33,949 nucleotides of DNA, taken from contig WELA01002297.1 of assembly GCA_009602735.1 (NCBI GenBank), positions 681,619 to 715,567 of the forward strand. The letters run 5' to 3'. Shown here in pieces: positions 11,739-27,456 of the stretch; positions within the stretch are counted from its first letter, which is position 1, and each line of letters begins with the position of its first letter. The notes under the pieces are model-generated. The model searched no databases. It was given only the letters and a program-made list of their open reading frames with translations, and was not told the DNA's origin. The DNA is from Mesotaenium endlicherianum (taxonomy: Eukaryota). A program made the translations under genes and the position numbers.

Positions 11739-13666
11739 ATGGGGCAGCAGGTGTGGTGCAGAAGTATCTCTGCTAAGTGGACTCTTACAATCCTTGCTGC
11801 TCTTGCGACAGCTAGCTTCCCCGGTGTACTTGGAGGGGCAGATACGAGCGGATTCACTTTGACTGTAAGTTGCCATCTGGAAGCAAGCATTCTTCACATT
11901 CGAATTCAGGCTCTGACAAGCTGGGCCTTCATTCTCCGTGCTCGAAAATGTTCACACTTCAGAGCTCCTCCTTAGTCATTATGCCTTGTCCAGCTAGAAA
12001 TAGCTCCCATGCAAAGCAAAGACCCGGGAGTCTTTTCAATGCAGTTGATCGTCGAGCAGCGTGCTCACAATCACGAGCAACTAAGCGCAGTTCGCAATTC
12101 ATTTTCTTCAGCCCGCCGAGAGACACTGCATCAAGGACTCACTAGAAACCTACTGTACAGGCAAGATGTACAATCGAATGTGAGTTATGAGGCATGTTAT
12201 TGATATCACTGGTGATCTTGCTATTTTGCAGAGGTATGTCGATACAGTCGATACGCTGTGCCTTGCTCCCAAAAATTTCGGCGGCATGCAGACGCGCTAC
12301 AAGCGCAGGAGGGGCAGGGACTGGGCGGTGCCGACGGCCAGCTTGGACGACGCCAACTTCTTCCTCATAGGATCCAATGCAACTCTAACTGGTAAGTCGT
12401 CACAATCTATGAAGGGAATTTCAGCTTCAAACATTGTGTAGCTTCAAGCGAAGCCTCTCGTCTTGCTAGGCTAGCTCTGTAACTTCAAACAGGTGGTCAA
12501 AGTAGGCTGTCTTTGTTCCCCCGGCTTTATCTCCTGTCTTCGGTTATGCTTTCTCGAATGGTGTGAGAACCTAGTAGTCATTTCAACGCCATCAGACTTG
12601 CTGGGCGCTCTCTGCTTGAGCAACCGCGCGGCACCTGGAGACAAACTCACCAAACGAACCCAGAGCCCTCTTCCAATCTAGTTGCTTCCAGCTGCTGATG
12701 CGGTCTTGTTAATGTTGCTGCCTTTGTCATGCGCAGCTGCCACGTGCGTGGGCAACCTGGACCTGCAGCTCTACACCGCAGGCGTGTTCACAGCCCTCTC
12801 TGCGCTCCCTGGAGCCCTTGCCACCACGGGCTACCAGGTCACTACCTGGAGACCGGCTGCCGGCGTAGCGTCTCCCGTGGACATGGAGGTTGTCAACGAA
12901 ACTCCCCGCCCCTTCAAAGTCGCCGGCGTTTCCTCTGCCATCAACCTCCCGGCCGTGACACCCCTCGCTATCCAGAGCTCCGACTATACCAACGTGACAG
13001 TCGCACCCAACTGGACTGGAAACGTGAGCACTCGAGCCCTTCCCTCCCTATGCCCGTCGGTAGTTTTGTTCCACATTTTCCGTGAAGGCAGCTGCTATTG
13101 TACACCTTATGTTAACATCCCTCAGTCCTTTGATGATTCCCGTTGCTTGCTGCCATCTTGCACAAGCAAGGCCTGACTTTGTGCACCATTTTGCTCTGGT
13201 CCTGCAGCTCTCTCGCTCCGACGTCACCTTGTCATGGGCCACGCTGCCCATAGTGGAGGCCTACTTCCTGCAGCAGGCGACCGCGACCTCCATGTATAAC
13301 AGTGCTTGGGGCACCTCCCCTCGCGCCGCCGTCCTCGTCAGCGAGACTGTCTCAAGCACTGGCCAAGTCAAGTGGGTCGCCACCTACCTCTACTACTACT
13401 GGTCGTCGACATCCCAGGCACTCAAGTTTGAGGTCTTTGAGTCTACCTTTTACCAGCCGCCGCCGACCCCCATGACGTCAGCATCCGGGAGGAAGCTCCT
13501 GGCGTACCCACCCCCCCCGCCCCCCGATGAGTCGTCCTACATTGACTCCGCAAGCGTCGGAGCATGTGCTGGCGGCTACTGCTACCCCCGCTCGCCCGTT
13601 CCCAGCTGGTGCGTCAGGGGTGCCGCTGCGTACCCGCGCTGCCTGTACGTCTGCGTCTGCCCCTAG
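11739..13666 (+). CDS. Gene A: secreted 343-aa preproprotein with C-terminal 6-Cys peptide, unknown family
   Basis: Exons 11739-11864, 12232-12391, 12737-13023 and 13208-13666, all GT-AG, 1032 nt, open frame. Signal-peptide-like N-terminus (KWTLTILAALATASFPGVLG), KRRR, and RKLL at 13490-13501. The structure is supported by paralog B. Confidence 0.88.
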
Positions 13667-16064
13667 AGAGGTGGTGCGAGACTCTTGTCCATCCAATTCT
13701 CGACAGCTTGGGCACGTCAAGTCCGTGGTTGTTCCCTTGGCATCTTGTTTCTCATTGGTGCTGGTCTCACCGCAGCCTCCTAGCTGCTGTGACAGTAAGC
13801 TCAGCTTATTTATCAAGGACCATTAAATCCAACAATGTGTCCAAGTACGAAGAGTTTCTCCTTTTCTATAGCTACTAGCCCTGCCGTCAGTCCATCAAGG
13901 GAGGTGGCTTGGTAAAGAGGCGGCTTGAGCCCCTCGAACTGCACACTAAGTGGAAGAGTATGCGTATTGCGTACTGATTCTGGAGGTGTGAGGTAGGGCA
14001 CCATCAGCTGTCCTGTATATGCTTTTATCGCACTAGCCAACCATAGGTAATAACGTAAAACGAGGAGCTTACATCCAGGTTTTAGCATCCAGTGTTTTTG
14101 AATTAGCATCGTAGTCATGGATTCGCAGTCACAATTTTTACATTCTTTCATTTGATACATTCATTGTGAGCTATTGTGTCGAGGTGGAGAGTAAACGTCA
14201 GCCTGTGGTCCAAATCACTGCTGATACGCCGACTCTGCAAGCTGCTTCTTTTGAAGCTCTTCCCTTTAATAGGACCAAACGAAGCTCTTATTCCTCACGA
14301 AGAACCCAACGGAGGTCAGCACTGTGCTGCACTTGTTTGTTTTGTGGTGATACAAGTTGCTTGAAAAATGAATGGCCAGAATACTCAACTTGTGCAGCAA
14401 ACATTCGGCAAGTCTTCCAAAGTTAGCTATTTTTAGTGGTGATTAGCACACTTGACCAAAAAATCATGTGAGCGGAAGGAGCTCCCTGAAGAGTCACTTC
14501 ATGTTCAATCAACAGATGTTACTGATCAAATTGCATATCCTTCGTGCTTATGCCACATTCAAATAACCAACGAGTAAAAATCATGCCCTTTGGATCAGAA
14601 GGCTATGGGGTTACACGCGGCGCGCATGATAGACGTGTTTGTCCAACTTTAGAATCTAGACCAATCAAATACGCGGTTTCCAAAAAGCTGCAAGCTAATT
14701 TGCTGGGAATCAAGGAAATTCACGTTTGTATGATGAGCAGCAATGATAAGCTCCAAAGTGGAGGTAGTAAGTTCAGTAATCACCAAATGGAATAGCTTTT
14801 AGCTTCGTTGCTATGTAAATTTTAATTGCAACAGTCGAGATAATAATGGTCAGAAGGGTCGACAAGTTTATGTATATCAATGAAAAAGCTTGTGCAACCT
14901 ATAGAACTGGTAGACATTACAAAGCTTGAGCTTATTTTGAAAATTTAACTTGAAATTAATAGTTTTCGAGGCTTGGCTTGTGCCAAAAATTGTAGCTCAG
15001 GGTAAGGCTAGAGTTCCTTCTTAATTCACATGCTTATTACAAGGCTCAATGACGTGAGACTACACCATATTAGGGGAGACAGGCACATTTGGAAAAAGGG
15101 TGTAGTAAAATTGCGAAGATGGTCAGTAATAAATATACGTTCAGAGAGAAAAGGAGAAACAAAATCAACGAAGTACATACTTGGGTGCACTTGAGATTTT
15201 CTTCTAGTTTTCTTTCCCTCTTCTTGTAGATGTGCACAGTCCCATGCATATTTACCAAAATCTCTAATGAAGATCTTTTAACAACCGTTCGGGCTCGTAA
15301 ATATGCAAGATTTTACAGCAGGGTAAACTTTATGGAGTCTAGGAGTGATTAATAAACTTTGCCCTTTTGCACCTATCATAGAGCCATCTGACTTGTTAAA
15401 AACATTATGTAAGGTTAAATGCATCATTACAATACATCATGTTACTACATGTCGCCAAAACTTCCAAATCCTTTTGCCAGAACGCGCATCCCCAACCCTA
15501 ATCAGTATTTGATGTCGATCATCTTTTTGCCAAGCATACTGGATGTTTTCACACGATATAGTAGAGATGGAAAATGAATGTTGTCTCAAAATAGTACACA
15601 ACTATACCAAAGTATGTAGACAACTATCCCTGTTGGCACCCGTGCACAATCTTTGTGTGTCTAGACGTGTCTTCCCTCAAATACATTGTTTGAAGTTTGT
15701 TAGAAGTAATTTAACCACTTAAAGGAAGGGGTCTCTTACCTCTTCTTTTTGAAGTGGGGTGCTGGTTAGTGACTTTCTCGCGAGTAGAGTTTGGCCTCTA
15801 TGATATATGCACGACATGCACAAGGTGCTTCGTGTGGCCGTACGTTGCATCTTCGCAATACATTTGCATACTTAACTCATGTATTGTACCTACATAGGGC
15901 TTGGACTATTCCTATAATACATGTCGGTAGTTGTGTTGGTAGTGCTCTTGGTCAATCAAGGTGCAATTGTTTCCTTCTTTGCTGTTGATGTGCTAGATGT
16001 TGTTGGTCTACGTGGTTTTCCATAACCAGTTGTGCATCCCTTTTCATGTTATTTTGGAACTCGG

Positions 16065-17491
16065 CGTCACCGAAGAGCTCAGTAAGCCGTTTGGCACGCG
16101 TGGCGAAAGTCACGGCGTGCCAAGGTACGGACAGTCAATTGTTGACCCACCGACCAATCCTTACTAACACATACAAGTCAGCGTTAGACGTGAGTCCGTC
16201 CCGTCACACGTGTAAAAGCTACGATGCATCCGCCTAGTCAATCCTGACACCCAACGATGGGTGGGGATTTGCAAGCCAGGTCAACTATGGGGCTGCCCTC
16301 ACCAAGGCCACGCCAGAAGGCCGCGCCACCATGTGCCAAGACAGGCAAAGCTAAGGCGGCAGGCCACCTCAACCCATGGCCCATTGGCATGGCTACCACG
16401 ATGACATTGCTATGAAGGGTGTGGCCTCGAAACTCACGTCAGCGTGGGCAGCGACCAAGAGGTCGAGCAGTCACGCGCGATGCTTACGAGGCAAATCGCA
16501 CATGACCATGACTCGACATAAGTTAGCTTAAACGCTAACTTTGAGATGACTGCATGCATGTGCTCGGATAAAGCACGAGATAAGCACACTCTGCCATATT
16601 CTCGCTCACATTTTCCAGGTAATCGAAGGAAGGAAAAGGAGGAAGGAGGAGAAGGAATGAGAAAGAGCAAAGGAGAAGGAATCCCCAAGGCCACAAGGAG
16701 CCCAAGAAGCACGCTTCTGCCGACCTTGAAGATCTTTGCTTCCATTTTGCCATGCTTTGTTCAATCTAAGTCAGAATTGAAAAGACAGAACTTGCAAATT
16801 GGATTTGCTAGAAGATTCTAAGGCAGAAATAGGACGAACACGAAGAGCACTTAAAATGGTGAATTTTGTGTTAGTTTTGTAGTTCTCAAAAGTCTTGAAT
16901 GTCTACTTGTTGACTGCAAAAGCATATTGAGTGACAAAAATTCTCAGGGAAGAAACAAGTGTCTAGCTTGCAGTGAAGATTTGGCAAGCGCGAGCTGCGC
17001 GGCTAAGAGCATGAGGCTTAGCAACGAGCATAATTTGCTGTTTGGAGTTTTGTAAGCTTGTACTTTTGAAAGTGAAGCAAAAGTTCGTGTGGGCAATTTT
17101 TTTTGGATTCCGTATTCTTTATCGACTGCTTTGACGTAATTCCTGCAAGTTACAATTGTCGTCATTTGTCAACCTATCAACTCAGGCGAAAAGCCTGCAA
17201 AGAAGCAGATGCTTTTGTCCTTGTAAGGAGATTCAAACAATGGTAAACTCCTTGCAAAATGTGAATGAGAACTTGAAGAAAGGACTAAACAAGATCAAGT
17301 GTGAAAAGCACTCAGTCTCCTAACCCAAGTTTTGGCTTGTGCCAGGAAACGGTCAACTAGGTGCATTCAGCCACCGACACATGTGCGGAAGTCGGTCCTT
17401 GGTGATCTACTCACATGTTAGGGCCACCGATAAATAGACCAGGTCGAAGGCACACGTGTTGGCAACCTTCACCGACATGGTGAGGCACGAC
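16065..17491 (+). repeat. LTR-like interspersed repeat, copy 2 (possible old solo LTR)
   Basis: Diverged inverted homologue of about 9630-8380. Possible end GCACGACA at 17491. No target-site duplication recognised. Confidence 0.5.
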
Positions 17492-18373
17492 ATTGCTCCT
17501 TTCTATTGAATATATTAACTCCTTTTAGATGTATATCGTCACATTCTAAAGAGGTTGATCCCACGCTTGGCTTTAAGAGGTTTTTTTGTGCACTGTACTC
17601 TTGCTAGTCGCTGACGTCCGTGCAAGTGTCTTGCGGCTGGCCCAGTCTGATCCAGTCTGGTCCAGTCTGGTCCAGCCTTCGTCTTCTCAAAATTCTCATC
17701 GGGTCTGGCCCTTGTCTGCTTCACTCTAGCTGATCTAGCAGCGAGTTTGAGCTTCGTTTGAGCTTCGAGTGCCGTAAGGTACTCTTGTATGTTTGTATCT
17801 GACATCGGTACATGATTTTTGTCACACCCTCTATTTACGAGTCAAGAATTGTCGGCCCAGGTTGGGTTTGGGCTGGGCTCGAGGCTTATTTGCCCAAATT
17901 TTGCCTATCGTATCAATGCATGGTAGAAACAAAGCTGGATGTTCGGAAGTACTTGACAAAACATTCACCTTTAGAATTTTGACCGTGCCCGCAGCGTTGC
18001 CTGCTCTTGAAAATTTAATCATGCAGGATGAACCCGGAGGCGTACGAAGGTGCACGTGGCGGCGTCACGAATTCGCCTACTTCATCCAACGATGCCCGAC
18101 CAGTGTCCGACGATGCCTGAGGACACCCGACGAGGTGTTTCACGCTTTAAAGCAGCTCTAAAGACCTCTGCGCTTGGCCGATGACGCGTTTTCCGATGTG
18201 CGGTCCGTATAGGTAAACGACTGCCAGCTTTCTACCAGCTTTCTACGGGCAGCTACAGGTGGCTACAGGAGTGGAAGGCCGAAGCTGGCTGAAGCTAACA
18301 AATGGAATGGAGTTGAAGGTCATAAATGCAGTCCTTTCTCCTGTCCGAGACCGGACTCTCGTGTATCACATGG

Positions 18374-18649
18374 AGGCCCCTCGATTCGTCGATTTCGAAG
18401 AAATCCTCTGCTTCACAGTAAGAGTTTCAGATGGTTTCAGAGAACAGCCAAATAATTGTTTGAAGATTGTTTTGAGTGTTTATTCGAGTTCATTATAAAA
18501 GCTTATGATATATTATACCATCCGCATGAACCATGAATTGGAAGTAATATCTGCTTATAAGGATTTTATAGGCATCCTTATGTTTTGAGTCGGGTTTATT
18601 ACATCCAAAACAGCCAATAACACCAAAAAGTTACGAATCGAGGGGTCTG
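18374..18649. mobile_element. MITE-like inverted-repeat element upstream of gene B
   Basis: Perfect 13-bp inverted repeat CCCCTCGATTCGT (18377-18389) / ACGAATCGAGGGG (18633-18645) around an AT-rich interior with weak foldback symmetry. Confidence 0.5.
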
Positions 18650-19222
18650 ATTCACCAACATGTGGATCTGGGCGCCGGGCGGGAGCAATGATTTGGCTAG
18701 GATGGCCCGTGAGCTGCTTTGAGCCGACCCCTGGTTTACCTTCAGCTATTTATTGAGCTAGACATAAGCTGCAGGATTCCCGACTCCGCGCCTGTGTGCA
18801 CAGTTCACATTTGAAACCCCTCTTCGAAGTGCTTTGAAGCTTCATCTGAAACAGTCCCGAATAGCAAGTGGCACTCCTCGTGAGCAGTACAGTGCGCGTT
18901 AGTCCGCTTGCAACACTGAGCTCATGTGTTGCACCCCTGTTCGTTCGACATCTCGAGCTTCGAAATCTGCTGGGTCGATACTCGATAGTCGTTGCCTATA
19001 CCTGGGCTAATCTGCACAGTGCACCTTTCATATTGAAGCAGATATCGTCGTCGAGACCGATAAGGTATCGGATGAAGCAGGTAGTGACATAAGGACGAGC
19101 GTGAAGGCTAATAGCGCAAACGATTGTTTTGAAGAGTAAGATCATTTGGACTGGACTTCTTCACTAGCTATCAAGATATATACGAGTGCTGCAGGTTGGC
19201 AGAAGAATATAGCTGCGCTGAA

Positions 19223-21284
19223 ATGAAACAACAGGGCTGGAGCAGAAGGGCCTGTGCCAGATGGACAATTGTGACTCTCACAGCCTTGATAGCCGCCGGC
19301 TTTCCCGTCGCGTACGGGTCGGCAGACACTACTGGATATACTCTGACTGTGAGTCTTTCACCTAAATATTGTTAGGTACCTCGAGAACCATGGATAACCT
19401 TTGCCCGTTGAACTGTAATGCACGCTGTGAGCAGTATAAACTTATGCAGGTTGTCTCAAGGTGGCAAAAGAGCTTGGAGTTGAGGGGGCTAGACATGCAA
19501 GTTCCAATTTGAAGAATAAGAGGCTCAAGTGCGCTTGGCATACACAAGGGACCTAAGTTGGACATCATCCGTCTTATCACACGTTGAACGCTTGCATTCT
19601 ACATGACCTGTTCTCGTACGCGTCAACATACGTTGACTGCAATCACACACATAGATTCAACGAGCCATGCAGACTTATGCCGTCGGGCAACTAGAACATG
19701 GAAGGCCTGTGCACCTGAAATATGATGACCTAAACAAGTAACTCGCCATAAGGCCTTCTCCAGCCTTGTACCATGCATGTCAACACGAGGGACTAATGGC
19801 TTCCCGAATTCTGCTTTGCTCGCTTTGCAGCGGTTTGTCGACAACGTCAACACCATCTGCGTAGCGCCCAGGGTGTTTGGAGGCATGCAGACCCGCTACA
19901 AGCGCAGGAGGACGAGGGACTGGTCTGTTCCCACCGTCGCCCTCGACGAGGCAGACTTCCTCCTCGTCGGCTCCAACATCACCACTAACGGTGAGTCGCG
20001 ATGCCAAACTTTGCACACTCCCCTGGCTGCTGGCTGCTGGCCCTAGCTCGGAGAGTCAAATCTCTTCCTTTCTGTACGTGCAGCTGGCGTGTGGCAGTAG
20101 CTGAACCTCATTGCCCCAAGCTCTAGCCTCTGCTGCCAGCCGGCCGCTGACTCTTCTCGGGTCGGTGTCTCTGTTCCATTTCTCGCGCAGCTGGAACGTG
20201 CGTCAGCAAAGTGGACATCCAGCTGTACACCGCAGGTACCTTCACGCCGCTGGCCGCCCTCCCGGGCGCAATTGCCACCACCGGCTGGGAGGTCACTCTG
20301 TGGCAAGGGAGCGCGGGCGTGGCGGCCCCCGTGGACGTGGAGGTGGTCAACGACACGCCGCGCCCCTTCTCCGTGCGCGGCGTCTCGCCCCTCATCAGCC
20401 TGGCGGCCGCCTCCCCATCCGCCCTCACCGCCAGCTCCGACAGCAACACCACGACAGCACCCTCCTGGAGTGGCCTGGTAAGCTCCCTCCCTCACCGCCA
20501 CCCTCCCCCTTGTGGTGTTGCTGTGCTGCCTTCACCTGTGGCGTGGCTTTCTGTTTTGTTTATTGCCTTTTCTTGTGCTCCACCGCCTCACCTGGCTCGA
20601 GGTCTCCCATTGCTGGCTTGGCTCCCGTTTACTCCTTGTATCCTGCGGGCCCTCTGCTCGTCGCCAGACGTGTCGCCGGTTTGCCCTTGGCTAATGTGGA
20701 CTATTTATTAGCTGGCAGTAGAAACTAGCTCCTCTGGAAGAGAGCCGTGCGTGCACGCGCGCGTGGCCTGAGCCTCTCAGCTGCCTCACACGCTGACACC
20801 TGTCCCTCTCTCTGCACCTCTGCAGCTCTCGCGCTCTGACATCAGCATGACGTGGCCCACGCTGCCCATCGTGGAAGCCTACTTCCTGCAGCACGCGACC
20901 GCGACGTCCATGTACAACACAGCGTGGGGCGAGAGCCCCCAGGCCACCATCCTCGTGAGCGAGTCCGTCTCCACCTCCGGGAGAGTCAAGTGGGTGGCCA
21001 CCTACCTCTACTTCTACCAGGCGCCGTCCACGCGGACTCTCAAGTTCGAGGTCTTCGAGGCGAGCTTCTACCAGCCGGCCCCCGTCCCCGTGTCGGGATC
21101 GCTATCGAGGAAGCTCCTGACGTACCCGCCGCCCCCGCCGCCCGATGAGTCGTCCTACATTGACTCGGCTAGCCTCGGAGTGTGCCCTGGCGGCTACTGC
21201 TACCCCCGCTCGCCCGTTCCCAGCTGGTGCGTCAGGGGTGCCGCTGCGTACCCGCGCTGCCTGTACGTCTGCATCTGCCCTTAG
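19223..21284 (+). CDS. Gene B: paralog of gene A, 343-aa secreted preproprotein
   Basis: Exons 19223-19348, 19831-19990, 20191-20477 and 20826-21284. Sizes 126/160/287/459 and intron phases are identical to gene A; ungapped protein alignment; RKLL at 21108-21119. Confidence 0.88.
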
Positions 21285-22618
21285 GCGCCACGACATTGCA
21301 GAGGCGTGCTTGCTGCTGCCAATGGGAGCTTGCACGGGGGAATGTGTACATCAGTTCGTAGGTCCGACAATCAGTTTGGAGAAGGTCCACATTTTTTCTT
21401 CGTGCTCCTATGTTGTACCATATAGAGTATATCCCTCCTCTCTCTGGTCCCAAAAGGGACAGCGAGCGGGGGGGAGAAGATCAGCGTGTGTCATCTGCAC
21501 GCGCCATTTCCGCATTTTGAGAAGCTCACTAAAAGGTAGCGCAGGAGCAGGCTTACGTTAATTCAGAAGGAGCCGTCGTGTGCGGTGTTGCAAAAGGTGT
21601 TCGTATATAAGGTGCTACGTCTATGCTCTTGGTTACTGAAGTCCTTTCCCTAGATCATTTCTTGGAGGCTTACCATGTTAATTACGTTTTTACATCTTAT
21701 TTAGACTTATAACTAGCTTATACTAATATACTTCTAGGCTTACTACAGAGGTTATTCACATTCATTGTACGGATTTTTGGTAAGGTATTGTTACAAGTGT
21801 GCTTCTTTTCTCAGGAAACGGCAGTACTTATATTCATTGTTCTCAGGATGTCTCAATTTGGGCAAAAGTTTCAAATTGAAGTGAAACAAATTCCTCTGGA
21901 GGGAGAGAAGCTCCGTCTGCAGTGGTAGAAGATTAACTATGGCATAGGATACCTGTGTACCTAAGCTGGCTGCCTGCCATATATGAAAGCACTGAGTGCA
22001 TAAACTGAGCACACAATTAAATGTGCACGTGCTTGCATCCGCTGACATGCATGCATGCCTCGGCCAGGTGGGTAAGGTGGAAGTACATGGAAGAGGTGCA
22101 CTTTGCAAAATCGTGACAACTTTTTCCGAAATGTCGGCATCAAATTTCACATTCAACAACGCTCAGGCACCTTATGGTAAAAGGTGGAAGCACATCGGCC
22201 GGCAACACCAGGACTTCTTGTGAGTGCGAGAAAGAGAAAGAGCACATCCCTTTACCGCTTCTGTGAGGCTTATTATCTGAAATTTCCCGTATGCTCAACC
22301 TCGGGATATACCCGACCAGCAAAGTTTTACTTTAGACTCACCCGGGCGCGAGAAGCATAGCAAGCATGATAAACGAGCGTCACAGTTGTGCCACCAACTC
22401 CTTTCATAGAATGAAAATGCAAATGATCGCTCTCTCTCAATGATACAATAAATAGCGGCGGACGAGGAGGAAGTGCCCCGCCAGCGCTAGGCTACAGCGT
22501 CGTGCGCAGAGGACAAGAGCAGCTGTAAGATATGTACTCACTAACAACAGGCTACCTGCACCTAGCTACAGTTGTAAACAGCCCTTCTAAGAGGACAACT
22601 GCGAGTGGACGCCAGAAG

Positions 22619-27456
<4,838 letters not shown>

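Noticed and set aside
13813..16040. Minus-strand ORF 13813-14160 and AT-rich, possibly transposon-derived sequence
   Set aside because: I could not recognise a domain, termini or a second copy.
18224..18270. Short tandem CCAGCTTTCTA repeats; similarly GGTCAACGCA x3 near 26199
   Set aside because: Two to three copies only; ordinary slippage.
21791..22322. 122-aa minus-strand ORF and neighbours
   Set aside because: AT-rich codon use unlike the real genes here, non-ATG start, and no motif.
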